From positions 160,001 through 224,000 of the forward strand of contig JBEKVV010000001.1 in the NCBI GenBank assembly GCA_049513715.1: 64,000 nt of DNA. The letters run 5' to 3'. Positions within the stretch are counted from its first letter, which is position 1; each line of letters starts with the position of its first letter. The notes below the pieces were generated by a model. The model did no database searches and had not been told where the DNA came from. It worked only from the letters and a program-made list of their open reading frames with translations. The stretch comes from Candidatus Bathyarchaeia archaeon (GTDB lineage Archaea; Thermoproteota; Bathyarchaeia; 40CM-2-53-6). The translations under genes and the position numbers were made by a program. Below are positions 49,269 to 59,966 of this stretch, in pieces.

Positions 49269-49739
49269 TTGATAATGTATGTTATGAATAGGCACTTTAA
49301 CAATCGTGCGGTTTCACAGGTCATCGCAGCGCTGCTCCTGATAGCAATAGCAGTCGCCGCAGCCATCTTGCTGTACGTGTTCGCCATTGGATTACTCGGT
49401 AGCCTCGGGTCTAGTGGTGGTCAACAAACGAAGGAGCAATTGATCATGGAAGCGTATAGCTTCCCCTCAACTGCCGGTGTCCTTACAATGCAAGTGAGAA
49501 ACGTTGGTTCGGCGACAGTCAACGTTGGAGGGTCTGACTTCTTCATCAACGGCGTCAAAGGTACTTTAGGTGGAGTATGTGCTTCGATGACTGCGATGAC
49601 AGTGGGTGGGTCATGTCAAGCCACCGTAACGTTGGCCAGTTATGCCAGTCTTTCGTCTGGTGCAGCGTATCCGTTGAAGATTGTCACGCCTGACGGTGGA
49701 GTCTTCTCGTACTCAGTAATATACGGAGGAGCCGCCTAG
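49269..49739 (+). CDS. Archaeal type IV pilin, copy 2
   Basis: Identical to copy 1 except the C-terminus (IYGGAA versus TYGGSS). Confidence 0.92.
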   Translation: MIMYVMNRHFNNRAVSQVIAALLLIAIAVAAAILLYVFAIGLLGSLGSSGGQQTKEQLIMEAYSFPSTAGVLTMQVRNVGSATVNVGGSDFFINGVKGTLGGVCASMTAMTVGGSCQATVTLASYASLSSGAAYPLKIVTPDGGVFSYSVIYGGAA

Positions 49740-49963
49740 AACAGCACACCTCCTCCCTCCGCTTTTTTCTCTTCATCTATTTGCCAGGCAATCCTGCACC
49801 GTTTTCATACTCCTGAGGTAAAATGATTGGGTTTTGGAATTATCCCATCCACATTTCGGCCGCAAATGCGAACCTCATCATCAAGCTGCCAACTGGCATG
49901 AAGATTCACCCGCCTAACACGCGCAGGTTCAACTTTCTGTGTGTGAATCATGGCCGTTCCGGA

Positions 49964-50467
49964 TCAGGAACATGAGGTTCCGGGGAGGGTTTCGTTTTCA
50001 AAAACGTAGAGGTCACCGTTGAAGTGCATGGTTGGGTTGAATTGATTGGTAGGCCATTTTGATGGTTGAAGTAGCGTTCCTTTCACTTGCAGGCAAGTTC
50101 CGTTGCTAAAAGGCAGTTGTGACGGGCTGTCGCAGTAGTCTAGGGAAAATGCGCCACAATAGAAGACTAGTCGGATGGTTCCATTTTTGGAGGTTAGGTA
50201 GAAAACCGCTTCGTCGGGTGCCATGCATGGCGGGAATGCGTTCCGGCATAGCGGTGTAGCCTCAACGTACTGGTAGAGGCCATGGTAAGTGGCTCCGAGG
50301 TATCCTTGGTAAGTGGCCGTGGGGGAGTGCGTGGATGCCTCCCCGACACCCGGCACACCGGGCACGATGCCTCCTGACATCGCAGCTGAAATCAGGCCTG
50401 TGGATGCAGCTGCAACGAGCAGGATGGAGATTATCGTTAGGTAGGTTCTTCTTTTGTTGGGGCGCAT
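49964..50467 (-). CDS. Secreted or membrane-anchored Cys-containing hypothetical protein
   Basis: Basic N-terminus, hydrophobic helix, 6 Cys. Confidence 0.65.
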   Translation of the reverse strand: MRPNKRRTYLTIISILLVAAASTGLISAAMSGGIVPGVPGVGEASTHSPTATYQGYLGATYHGLYQYVEATPLCRNAFPPCMAPDEAVFYLTSKNGTIRLVFYCGAFSLDYCDSPSQLPFSNGTCLQVKGTLLQPSKWPTNQFNPTMHFNGDLYVFENETLPGTSCS

Positions 50468-50780
50468 GAAGCGACACTTTGATTTGCACTGCAGTTCTCA
50501 GGCTTGGTGCTAGTTTAGCACGGGGATGTTTCTTATCCAGTTCCCAATTTGGCTGGGAATGCTTTTGTGGTTTTCTCTCAAAACGTTTTCACCCACAACA
50601 AGTTTCTTTTAGGCAGGTGCAAATGGGAAACAATAAAGGTGGACAACGCGCCTTCCAATCCGTCAACTACGTGTGTCACTTCCCCAGTCTTGCCGGAGTG
50701 ACAACATGTTAATGTCAAGTGTAGTATCCCCAATGGGGTTATGTGGTCAGTCCACACGAGAGCCCACGAGTCGGCCTAAT

Positions 50781-51011
50781 ATGGCAGATCGAAATTCAAA
50801 CCAACAGAAGATCATGCAAGTTCTAGCGGGAACCAAAATCCCGATGGATGTTGAGAACGTCAGGGAACAAACGGGGCTCAAGAACTGGGAATCCACAAAA
50901 TCGATCCTCCTTGAGATGGTCCTGCAAGGAACGATTCTCGGCCAGAGGACGACGAGGGGTTGGATTTTCTGGGTTAACCCAACAGCCATGCGAAACAAGC
51001 GGAGGATTTGA
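50781..51011 (+). CDS. Small wHTH-like protein heading the pilus operon
   Basis: KIMQVL...VENVREQTGLKNWESTKSILLEM...GWIFW; overlaps the ATPase start. Confidence 0.65.
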   Translation: MADRNSNQQKIMQVLAGTKIPMDVENVREQTGLKNWESTKSILLEMVLQGTILGQRTTRGWIFWVNPTAMRNKRRI

Positions 51012-52657
51012 CAACGGCAAAGATGGATACGATCCGTGACAAGCTAACATCAGTTGCCAGCATACCCGGTAAACTCTCGAAAAGTGCACACGGGAAATCA
51101 AGCAAGAGTAATGGCTCAGGAGAGTCACAGGCCGTCGTGGTTTTGGAGAAGCCCGGAGTGGGAACCACTCAGGTTCCCTCGAGCTTCAAAGAGGTTTCAC
51201 CGCTCATCGAGCCCTACGCGTACGCTGCGATCACTCATGACCCAAACACTGGCGGCATGCTCTACTACCTCATAGAACCAACCCTCCTAGACGAGGACAG
51301 GGCGCTGTACAAGAAGATCAGTATTTTCCTGGTCGAGGAGCTTGATGTCGACGTTCGCAAGATTCCAACGAAACAGGACGCAGAGAAAATTCTCAGGTTG
51401 AAAGTCAACGAAATCGTGAAGACCTACAAGATCAAGGTCGAGGAGGAGGTACTCGACAAACTAATGTACTTCTTGGCGCGGGACTTCATCTACCTCGGCA
51501 AGATTGAACCACTGATGAAAGATCACATGATCGAGGACATCAGCTGCGATGGACCGAACGTGCCAATTTACATCTGGCACCGCCAATACGAATCAATGCC
51601 GACAAACATCATCTTTGACGACCCGAAGGAATTGGACAACTTCATAGTCAAGCTTGCATACCTCAGTGGCAAACACGTCTCGATAGCTTCACCCATGGTG
51701 GATGGAGGACTGGCGGACGGTAGCAGAATCCAACTCACCTACGCAAAGGAAGTGACTAGGCACGGAAGCACCTTCTCAATTAGGCGTTTCAGGGCCGACC
51801 CGATGACGATCACTGACTTAATAACCTTCAACACGATAAACTCGGAGATGGGCGCCTACTTCTGGTACACCGTCGAGAAAAAGGCGTGTACCCTGATCAC
51901 TGGGGGAACGGCTTCCGGCAAAACAACCCTACTCAACTGCATATCCATGTACATACTACCAGACGATAAGATCGTGACGATTGAAGATACCCCCGAGTTG
52001 AACATACCGCACAAGAACTGGATTTCCGCAATCGCAAGAGTCGGTTTCGGCGCCGCCGGCAGCACTGCTGAGATAACACTCTTCGACTTGTTGAAGGCTG
52101 CTATGCGGCAGAGGCCGGACTACATAATCGTTGGCGAGGTCAGGGGGGAAGAAGCATTCACACTCTTCCAAGCTATGGCCACGGGCCACGGCGGCCTATC
52201 CAGCCTGCACGGAGACTCTGTATTGGCTGCTATTCGAAGACTCGAGTCAGCTCCACTGAACATACCACGGACACTGTTGCCGACACTCAACCTCATCGGA
52301 ATCCAACAACGAATGAAAGTTGGGGGCAAGCCAGTTCGAAGACTCATTCATCTCGCTGAAGTCCTCGGTATCGATCCGAGCTCAGGTGAACTTGACCTGA
52401 ACGACGTTTACCGCTGGGACCCAAGAACGGATTCGTTCACTTTCTCAGGACGGAGCCACATGATTGAAAGGTTGGCCGAACGTTCGGGAACGGCATTAAG
52501 TGCTGTTCAAGAGGAGCTTCGCCACAGAAAAACAGTGCTCGATTACATGGTCAAGAACAAGATTCGCAGGTACACCGACGTCGGGGGCCTGATCAGAGAC
52601 TACTACGCTGACCCACACAAAGTGTATGAGAAAGCTAGGTTGGGTTTGTTGAGCTAA
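51008..52657 (+). CDS. Type IV pilus/archaellum-type assembly ATPase (VirB11/ArlI family)
   Basis: EDISCDG, GGTASGKT, IEDTPE, RQRPDYIIVGEVRG, ATGH. Confidence 0.96.
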   Translation: MTTAKMDTIRDKLTSVASIPGKLSKSAHGKSSKSNGSGESQAVVVLEKPGVGTTQVPSSFKEVSPLIEPYAYAAITHDPNTGGMLYYLIEPTLLDEDRALYKKISIFLVEELDVDVRKIPTKQDAEKILRLKVNEIVKTYKIKVEEEVLDKLMYFLARDFIYLGKIEPLMKDHMIEDISCDGPNVPIYIWHRQYESMPTNIIFDDPKELDNFIVKLAYLSGKHVSIASPMVDGGLADGSRIQLTYAKEVTRHGSTFSIRRFRADPMTITDLITFNTINSEMGAYFWYTVEKKACTLITGGTASGKTTLLNCISMYILPDDKIVTIEDTPELNIPHKNWISAIARVGFGAAGSTAEITLFDLLKAAMRQRPDYIIVGEVRGEEAFTLFQAMATGHGGLSSLHGDSVLAAIRRLESAPLNIPRTLLPTLNLIGIQQRMKVGGKPVRRLIHLAEVLGIDPSSGELDLNDVYRWDPRTDSFTFSGRSHMIERLAERSGTALSAVQEELRHRKTVLDYMVKNKIRRYTDVGGLIRDYYADPHKVYEKARLGLLS

Positions 52658-52658
52658 T

Positions 52659-53573
52659 TTGAAGACACCTAAACAGGCCGTTGAGAAGCAGTCGTCTGTG
52701 CTGAGGGCCCCATGGCTTCTCGCATACCGGTACTTGGGGGTTCGACTCCAGAGATTTCTGCCTTATTTCGAGGATCTCAGTGTCTCGATGCAAAAGGGAG
52801 CTTTCAAAATCAGCATACAATCCTACCTCAGTTTGATGGTACTAATCTCAGGCGTGTCACTTATCGTAAGTTCTATCATCGTTGGGGGCTTGGCATTATA
52901 CGCCGGCGCTCAGATTCTGTTGGCGATTCTGTTCGGTTTCGGCGCCGGGCTGCTATTCGGTGTCGCGGTCTTTGCAATCCTGTACGGCCTACCTTCCCTG
53001 CTCGCGATAAGTCGCAGAAGAAGGATGAACAACGAACTCCCCTACGTAGCCACTCACATGTCAATCCTGGCCTCAGCAGGAATTCCACCAACGCGAATGT
53101 TCAAACTGCTCGAAGATTCTCGTACGACGCCTGAGGTCGCCTCAGACTCAAACGAGATTGTCCGCGATGTGGAGGTTCTGGGAAACGACATCATGACAGC
53201 GCTGGAACTCGAAAGGGCGCGTTCGCCTTCAACGGTTTTCGGGGACATGCTCGAAGGATTGGTTGCGACAATCAGGTCCGGAGGGAACATGAAGAGTTAC
53301 CTGCAAGATGCCACACACACCATTATGGATTTGAAGAGAATCGCGTCGAAGCAGTTAATTGAATCTCTTGCAACCTTCGCCGAGATTTACATATCTATTC
53401 TGATAGTTTTCCCATTGCTCATGATCGTCATGTTCTCAGTAATGTCTTTGATTGGAGGCGGAATAGGCGGCTTGTCTGTCACGGTGATGATGTCCTTCAT
53501 CACCTACGCAATCATCCCAGTCTGCGCTGTGGCGGTCATCGTGATGCTTGACTCGTTAGTCGGTGAGGATTGA
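52659..53573 (+). CDS. Type II secretion F/TadC-like membrane platform protein
   Basis: ELPY..HM.ILASAG, G.D...AL, RSPS, IRSGG. Confidence 0.92.
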   Translation: MKTPKQAVEKQSSVLRAPWLLAYRYLGVRLQRFLPYFEDLSVSMQKGAFKISIQSYLSLMVLISGVSLIVSSIIVGGLALYAGAQILLAILFGFGAGLLFGVAVFAILYGLPSLLAISRRRRMNNELPYVATHMSILASAGIPPTRMFKLLEDSRTTPEVASDSNEIVRDVEVLGNDIMTALELERARSPSTVFGDMLEGLVATIRSGGNMKSYLQDATHTIMDLKRIASKQLIESLATFAEIYISILIVFPLLMIVMFSVMSLIGGGIGGLSVTVMMSFITYAIIPVCAVAVIVMLDSLVGED

Positions 53574-54457
53574 AGATGCCGAAAATTGACCCCAAGGAGA
53601 AGGTGCTCGTCGCGATCGTTTCGATCGCTTTGGGCGTAACCGTGACAGTCTCAGGCCTTGTAGCCGCATTCATACTTAGGTTCCAGAATCTGCCACTCGA
53701 ATGGGATCAATTAGTGGTTCTGGGGCTGATTATTGGGATCTTCCCGCCTGCGGTCGTCGAGTACTTGGACTTAAGATGGCAACGCGGCATCGACAAGAAT
53801 ATTCCAAGGCTCGTTCGCGAGATTGCCGAAGCAGGAAAGACTGGTTTGACGCTCACCAGGGCGATCGAAGTCTCCGCTGACAGAGATTATGGGCCTCTGA
53901 CACCTGAACTGAGACAATTGATCATCCAGCTATCGTGGGGCAGCAGCCTTGAGGAAGCGTTGCGCTCCTTCGCCAAAAGAGCTCGAACGAGACTGGCGAA
54001 CAGAACCGCGGATTTGATAGCGGAAGTTGCACGGTCAGGCGGCGACACCAAAGAAATAATGGAACAGCTGAACAGGCACATAGGGGAGCTCCAAAGCATC
54101 GACGGGGAAAGATATGCCCAGATGAGGCCATACGCCGCGGTCGTCTACATTGCGTTCGGTGTATTCCTTTTCACCGACATAATGCTGATACGCTCATTCT
54201 TCACACAGATCGTCTATTTGCAAAAGTCCATCCTCAGCACTCCTGGGGGAGGTGGAAGCGTTTTCGGCGGAGTATCTGGAGTTGATATCAATTTGCTTCA
54301 GAAGATCTTCTTCCATGCCGCCGTGATTCAAGCACTCTTCGGGGGCCTGATCGCAGGGAAGATGAGTGAAGGCAAACTTGGAGCAGGCCTCAAACACGCA
54401 CTAATACTCCTTGTAATCGGGTTCCTGGGCTTCTTCATATTCGTTTGGAAGGCGTGA
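53570..54457 (+). CDS. Type II secretion F/TadC-like membrane platform protein
   Basis: DYGPLTPEL, SWG, RSGG, GLIAGKMSEG...GLKH. Confidence 0.92.
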   Translation: MKMPKIDPKEKVLVAIVSIALGVTVTVSGLVAAFILRFQNLPLEWDQLVVLGLIIGIFPPAVVEYLDLRWQRGIDKNIPRLVREIAEAGKTGLTLTRAIEVSADRDYGPLTPELRQLIIQLSWGSSLEEALRSFAKRARTRLANRTADLIAEVARSGGDTKEIMEQLNRHIGELQSIDGERYAQMRPYAAVVYIAFGVFLFTDIMLIRSFFTQIVYLQKSILSTPGGGGSVFGGVSGVDINLLQKIFFHAAVIQALFGGLIAGKMSEGKLGAGLKHALILLVIGFLGFFIFVWKA

Positions 54458-54473
54458 AGTTGGAGGAAAAGAA

Positions 54474-54962
54474 ATGAGATTTCGTAGATTGAAACGGACT
54501 CTTGGTGTCAGCACCGTTATAGCGAACATGATGATGATCGTGATCGTACTATCGCTAGCCGCAATCCTAGTAGCATGGACTGGCACGACGTATGGCGCAT
54601 TCAGTTCAGGCACTCAGCTCTACTACAACCAAAGACAGCAAGCGCTCCAAGAAAGATTCGTAATAGAACTCGTTGCCTTCAACAATACAAGCGGCAACCA
54701 GATCATCATTTTCGTTCGAAACGTTGGATCGATTGACATCCAATTGGCTGCCATCTACATCAACGGTAATCTACAATCCTCGTTCAAAACCCCCTCGGTC
54801 GCCACTGGTTACTGCACGGTGCTACCAGTCCGCTTGGGAGTGCAACAAATGTGTATATTCAACATGACATATAGCACCACATGGACCTCCGGCACAATCT
54901 TCACCATCGTCGTAGCAACCGCAAGAGGCAACCAAGCAACGGCTAACGCTCGAGGACCATGA
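54474..54962 (+). CDS. Type IV pilin (minor)
   Basis: LG/VSTVIA class III signal, VRNVG, IYING, TARGN. Confidence 0.88.
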   Translation: MRFRRLKRTLGVSTVIANMMMIVIVLSLAAILVAWTGTTYGAFSSGTQLYYNQRQQALQERFVIELVAFNNTSGNQIIIFVRNVGSIDIQLAAIYINGNLQSSFKTPSVATGYCTVLPVRLGVQQMCIFNMTYSTTWTSGTIFTIVVATARGNQATANARGP

Positions 54963-55035
54963 AGAGGTTATGGGCGTGGGAACAGAATCCTTACGTGTTT
55001 ACGACGCACTCTATTGTCGGGGGAGTGTGTCCTAG

Positions 55036-56340
55036 TTGCGGAAACTTTGGTTTCGACGAAAAGCTGTAAGCACAATCATTGGCGGAATCATAGTCCTCGG
55101 TTTGTTCCTGACAGCTCTCCTCTCCATGGTTCTTGTGAGTCAACAATACGACCAGTATCAAACTCAGGTAAACAAGATGTCCCAGTTTGGCATTAACCGG
55201 CTTTCTGAATATCTAGTAGCCAACTCCCCTGGCCTAACAAGTATAACGTCTAATGCTCTTATCCCTGGTTGGGCGGTCGCGGGCAGTTGCGGGGTCGGCG
55301 GGCAATACAACTGCTACAATATGACCGTGAGCAACTTGGGGGGCGTTGGTGTTCAGATCGTAAGGATCTACATAAATTCAACAGGGTCAGGTTGCACATC
55401 CCTCTGCGTACTCAACCCAACGGCTTCAATCACCTCCTACGCATTCAACCAAGCAAACCAGTTCGTTAACCGAGGTGAAACCAGCCATGCAGTAATCCTG
55501 GCGTTGCCTAGCGCCGTTGCCCTGCCAAATCCGACGCAACCTGCGTTTCCCATGAACGCTATCTTCATTGCTACAAGCATGGGGAATGTCTTCTCATTTC
55601 AATGGCCATTTCAAGTTCAGGTTTTCGGTCAAAGCCAATCAGCATACTCCCAAGGAATAATGAAAGTCGCATACCAGGGAACTTTCGATAGCAAAAACGA
55701 GGCGGGGCCAGTGGCCGCTGGCAGCGGGGGCAGTGGCACTGTGGCACAAGGATATTGCCACCAAGAATCCGTGCAATCGTATCCGGCCCCGACCGGCTAT
55801 GCGGAGAAACTCACAGTGAGTGGACTTAGCGATAACAATTTGTGGTTTGTCAACCCATGGATCACAGCCGGAAGCGGTAGTAGCAAGTCAATTCTGGACT
55901 CCGCCTACCACGGCGGAACAACCCTCTACTTTTATGTCATTGTGATAAACACTGGGGACGCGGCCTACAGTCCCAACGCTGGCACGATAGATCTAACCTG
56001 GTTCGCTTCCAATCACATTGACGGTAGCCTCTTTGGTGTCTACTACAATGGCAAATTCTATTCTGGTTCTACATCGCCGAGTATCAATAGTATCAGTATC
56101 GCAGCAGGCGCGTTCTACTACGCAATATTCAAGATCGACTATTCGTCGTCCACCAACCCCTCAATATTTATGCTGAATAACCCGCCGACCCGTTCGGTCA
56201 TGTTCTGGGGTGCTGCGTCAATCACAAACGTAGGAACGTCGGGAACTAGTGCTGAAGATGAGAGTTTCTTTTCCGGCACAATCCTTTCCTCCGGATTATG
56301 GATCCGATACGAGGCACCGTCCGGGAGTCCGTGTGCGTAA
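55036..56340 (+). CDS. Large pilin/adhesin A
   Basis: RRKA/VSTIIG class III signal, pilin domain plus variable Cys-containing C-domain. Confidence 0.85.
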   Translation: MRKLWFRRKAVSTIIGGIIVLGLFLTALLSMVLVSQQYDQYQTQVNKMSQFGINRLSEYLVANSPGLTSITSNALIPGWAVAGSCGVGGQYNCYNMTVSNLGGVGVQIVRIYINSTGSGCTSLCVLNPTASITSYAFNQANQFVNRGETSHAVILALPSAVALPNPTQPAFPMNAIFIATSMGNVFSFQWPFQVQVFGQSQSAYSQGIMKVAYQGTFDSKNEAGPVAAGSGGSGTVAQGYCHQESVQSYPAPTGYAEKLTVSGLSDNNLWFVNPWITAGSGSSKSILDSAYHGGTTLYFYVIVINTGDAAYSPNAGTIDLTWFASNHIDGSLFGVYYNGKFYSGSTSPSINSISIAAGAFYYAIFKIDYSSSTNPSIFMLNNPPTRSVMFWGAASITNVGTSGTSAEDESFFSGTILSSGLWIRYEAPSGSPCA

Positions 56341-56379
56341 CTTGGATATAGCGTTCGGGACTTACGCTAGGAGGTTACT

Positions 56380-57630
56380 GTGATGCTTAGACTCCTAATC
56401 TTCCGATTTCGCCGACGCCGCGCGGTTAGTACTATGATTGGCGGGGTGATAATACTGTCGCTCCTACTAACCGCGCTTGGGACGATGGTCTTTGTTTCAC
56501 AGCAATACGACCAGTACCAACAATCGGCCAACAAGATGGGTCAATACGATAGTCAACAGTTGTCAGAGAATCTCGTTTTCAACTCTCCTGGCCTGACGTC
56601 TCTGACATCTAATGCTGCTGTCCCCGGTTGGGGGATTTGCACGAGCACCACCTACATCTGCTACAATATGACCGTGAGCAACTTGGGGGGCGTTGGTGTT
56701 CAGATCGTAAGGATCTACATAAATTCAACAGGGTCAGGTTGCACATCCCTCTGCGTACTCAACCCAACGTCTTCAATCACCTCCTACGCATTCAACCAAG
56801 CGAACAGCTACCTCAACCAGGGAGAAGTAAATCACTGGTTGGTCCTAGCGTTGCCCCGCGCCGTTGCTTTACCGAACCCGAACCCCGCGTTTCCACAGAA
56901 CACGATCCTCGTCGCTACGACTAGAGGAAACGTGTTTTCATTTCAATGGCCATATCAAATTCAAATTTTCGGTCAGAGTGGCTCAGCATTCTCGTCTGGA
57001 TTATTGAAAGTCGCATATCAACCAATAGGAACCTCTGGAGGTTACGATAGCATCCATGATTACAAAAACGCGTCTGGCCATACCCCTACCACCACATATT
57101 GTCATAATGAGCCATTGCAAAGCTACCCGGCAGCGTCTAATTACGCGGAAAAACTCACAGGAATAACTGGAGTCAAAGACAGTAATACATTGTATTTCGT
57201 GAATCCTTGGGTCACAAAAGCAATTCTGATGTCCACATGCACCGAGAGTTGTAGCGGTAGCGCTACAACGCAGATGTATATCTATGCAGTTGTGATGAAC
57301 ACGTTCAAAACAGCGTATACCGTTAATAATGGAACAATAGATCTAATGTGGTATAGTACGAATCACCTCGACGGGATTCTTTATGGTTTGTACTACCAAG
57401 GACATTTCTACCCAACCGGTAGCCTGCCAAGCATTGCACCCGGTACGAGTTACTACGCGATATACCAAATGAATGAAATGCAACTAGCCTACCCACCACC
57501 ACGTTCCCCGATAGCAGACAATTCGGTAATGTTCTGGGGTGGTGCGTCACTCTCAACTACTTCTAAGAACGAGACCTACTTTTCGGGCACAATCCTTGCT
57601 TCCGGATTTTGGATGCGAGCTTCATGCTGA
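56380..57630 (+). CDS. Large pilin/adhesin B
   Basis: RRRA/VSTMIG; paralog of A and C. Confidence 0.85.
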   Translation: MMLRLLIFRFRRRRAVSTMIGGVIILSLLLTALGTMVFVSQQYDQYQQSANKMGQYDSQQLSENLVFNSPGLTSLTSNAAVPGWGICTSTTYICYNMTVSNLGGVGVQIVRIYINSTGSGCTSLCVLNPTSSITSYAFNQANSYLNQGEVNHWLVLALPRAVALPNPNPAFPQNTILVATTRGNVFSFQWPYQIQIFGQSGSAFSSGLLKVAYQPIGTSGGYDSIHDYKNASGHTPTTTYCHNEPLQSYPAASNYAEKLTGITGVKDSNTLYFVNPWVTKAILMSTCTESCSGSATTQMYIYAVVMNTFKTAYTVNNGTIDLMWYSTNHLDGILYGLYYQGHFYPTGSLPSIAPGTSYYAIYQMNEMQLAYPPPRSPIADNSVMFWGGASLSTTSKNETYFSGTILASGFWMRASC

Positions 57631-57658
57631 GGAGTTGTGCACAGCTTGGATGTAGCTA

Positions 57659-59029
57659 TTGGTATTCAAAAACGAGGTCACCGTGATGTTTAGGTTTCTA
57701 ATTTTCAGATTTAGCGGTCGGCGTGCAGTTAGTACTATGATTGGCGGGGTGATAATACTGTCGCTCCTACTAACCGCGCTTGGGACGATGGTCTTTGTTT
57801 CACAGCAATACGACCAGTACCAACAATCGGTCAACAAGATGGTTCAGTATGGAGATAAGCAGCAGTTAGAGAATTTAGTAGCTAACTCTCCTGGGCTAAC
57901 GCCTGTAGCGTCTAATGCTGCTGTCCCCGGTTGGGGGATTTGCACGAGCACCACCTACATCTGCTACAATATGACCGTGAGCAACTTGGGGGGCGTTGGT
58001 GTTCAGATCGTAAGGATCTACATAAATTCAACAGGGTCAGGTTGCACATCCCTCTGCGTACTCAACCCAACGGCTTCAATCACCTCCTACGCATTCAACC
58101 AAGCGAACAGCTACCTCAACCAGGGAGAAGTAAATCACTGGTTGGTCCTAGCGTTGCCTAAGGCCAAGCTGTTGCCAAGCTATACATTTTCTACGCCCCC
58201 AAACACGATCCTTATCGTTACGAGTCGTGGAAACGTGTTCGCTTTCCAATGGCCATTTCAAATTCTAATGGGCGGTCAGAGTCAATCAGCATTTTCCGCT
58301 GGAATAATGAAGATCGCATATCAGTATATACAGGGATCTGCGTATCCAACTTGTACTACTACAAATCCTCCTCTATGTTACGATAGCAAAAACGAGCCGG
58401 GACCAGTGGCCGCTGGCAGTGGGGGTTCTGTCACTAGTGCATACTGCCACCAGGAGCCCGCGCAAGCATATCAGGCTGGGCCAACTTACGCGGAAAAACT
58501 TACAGTGAGTGGACTTACCGATAACAATTTGTGGTTTGTCAGCCCATGGGTCACTCAGTCAATTTTCACTAGCGCACAAACTAATGGCAATGCTCCTTCT
58601 GGTCATCTAACTTGGCCATCCAACTTAACAACGCTCTATATCTACGTGAATATTACAAACGTAGGGAACACACCCTTTGCCATCAACGGAGGTTCGATAG
58701 ATCTAACTTGGTACAGTTTCAATTGGCTCACAGCAAATCTTATTGGCTATTACCAAGGTGCACCTCCGGGAACGTTCTACCCGACAGGTACAACGCACAC
58801 CGTTGCTGCGGGTCAGAGTTTCTACGGAATATTCAAAGTCATTTCCTTATGTCTAGGAAAGTCGGACTGTTCACCATCCTCCTCCTCCACGGGCACTTGG
58901 CCCCCACCAACCGGTCAGTCAGTCATGTTTCTTGGTTCCGCGTCATTAACAAGCAGTACCACGAACTCGACTTTCATTGCGGGTGTGGCTCTTACGTCTG
59001 GATTATGGATACGATATTCCTGCTCCTAG
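57659..59029 (+). CDS. Large pilin/adhesin C
   Basis: RRA/VSTMIG; true start probably GTG/ATG near 57683-57686. Confidence 0.85.
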   Translation: MVFKNEVTVMFRFLIFRFSGRRAVSTMIGGVIILSLLLTALGTMVFVSQQYDQYQQSVNKMVQYGDKQQLENLVANSPGLTPVASNAAVPGWGICTSTTYICYNMTVSNLGGVGVQIVRIYINSTGSGCTSLCVLNPTASITSYAFNQANSYLNQGEVNHWLVLALPKAKLLPSYTFSTPPNTILIVTSRGNVFAFQWPFQILMGGQSQSAFSAGIMKIAYQYIQGSAYPTCTTTNPPLCYDSKNEPGPVAAGSGGSVTSAYCHQEPAQAYQAGPTYAEKLTVSGLTDNNLWFVSPWVTQSIFTSAQTNGNAPSGHLTWPSNLTTLYIYVNITNVGNTPFAINGGSIDLTWYSFNWLTANLIGYYQGAPPGTFYPTGTTHTVAAGQSFYGIFKVISLCLGKSDCSPSSSSTGTWPPPTGQSVMFLGSASLTSSTTNSTFIAGVALTSGLWIRYSCS

Positions 59030-59354
59030 AGCCTCGCAAGATCTTCAGAGAGAGCAGGCTGGCACCCACACGAACGTGTCATGGCCACGTTGGATTTAGG
59101 ATCCGAAGCAGTTTAGGATTCGTTAGAGTATATTGGGCAAGAGCAAGGGGCGGTGAAAGGCTATTCCTGCTGGGAGGAAGGTTATTGAGGACACCTATTC
59201 TTTAGGGGACTTCAACCGGCTTTTCCACAAGTACTACGCTTGTCTCTACTACTGCTCCACGGCTAGAACGAGGCGGTTCAGCTTTTGGGAAGGGCTAGAT
59301 GTGAAAAGTCTCTGAGGGGGTTCCTGATGAAACTGCGGGTCGAACTGGACGAAA

Positions 59355-59951
59355 TCAATACGTGCCTGTACTTAGGCCGGCTACGAGGGAATAGGAGAAG
59401 ACCGAGCCGTCAGCCGTGACCACCTTCACGGAGTATGCGACACCACTAATGATGGTTTGAGTAACTCCCGTGTTGGGTATGGTAAGGATTGCTGTGCATG
59501 AGGATGGGCCTAGGGGGAGGAGGCCGCTCGCGGTGGTGTAGGTAGGTATGCCTGTCACCGTTGAATAAGCAAAGGTGGTTTGGCTTATTGTGTAGGCGGC
59601 GCAGGTGCCAGTGATGGGTTGTGTGATCTTCACGCCTGCGACGAAGAATTCGGATAGGACGGCGACTCCTGACCCCACGTTTCGCAGATTAAGACAAAGC
59701 GTGTGCAGTGTCTTATCGTAGCACTGTGAGTTCGTAGCAACCCCAGCAGCAGTCGTAGAGCTCCAGTCGTAGTACTCCACCGAGATCATTTGCGAGTATG
59801 GTTTCTGCGGCTGGGCGCCTTGAAGGGACCCCAGTAAACCTGAGGAGTAGACGTACAAGATGGTGGCTCCAGCGACGGTTATCAGGATCAAGAGCAGAAC
59901 GGCGACGATTTCTGCTATGCCTTTCTTCGCACGCCTAAACTTAACGATCAA
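59355..59951 (-). CDS. Type IV pilin
   Basis: KKG/IAEIVAVLLL class III signal, LRNVG, KVVTADG. Confidence 0.9.
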   Translation of the reverse strand: MIVKFRRAKKGIAEIVAVLLLILITVAGATILYVYSSGLLGSLQGAQPQKPYSQMISVEYYDWSSTTAAGVATNSQCYDKTLHTLCLNLRNVGSGVAVLSEFFVAGVKITQPITGTCAAYTISQTTFAYSTVTGIPTYTTASGLLPLGPSSCTAILTIPNTGVTQTIISGVAYSVKVVTADGSVFSYSLVAGLSTGTY

Positions 59952-59966
59952 TCATGTTACCTCATT

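Larger units (their letters stand above)
48086..49719 (+). repeat. 655-bp direct repeat (48086-48740 and 49065-49719) covering the wHTH 3' end, the promoter and nearly all of the pilin gene
   Basis: The copies read identical by eye at offset 979. Confidence 0.92.

Noticed and set aside
51008..54457. Archaellum operon
   Set aside because: Two TadC-like genes and pilin-type subunits, with no recognisable ArlF/ArlG, archaellins or chemotaxis genes
55036..59029. Diversity-generating retroelement
   Set aside because: No reverse transcriptase and no adenine-specific template/variable repeat pair seen
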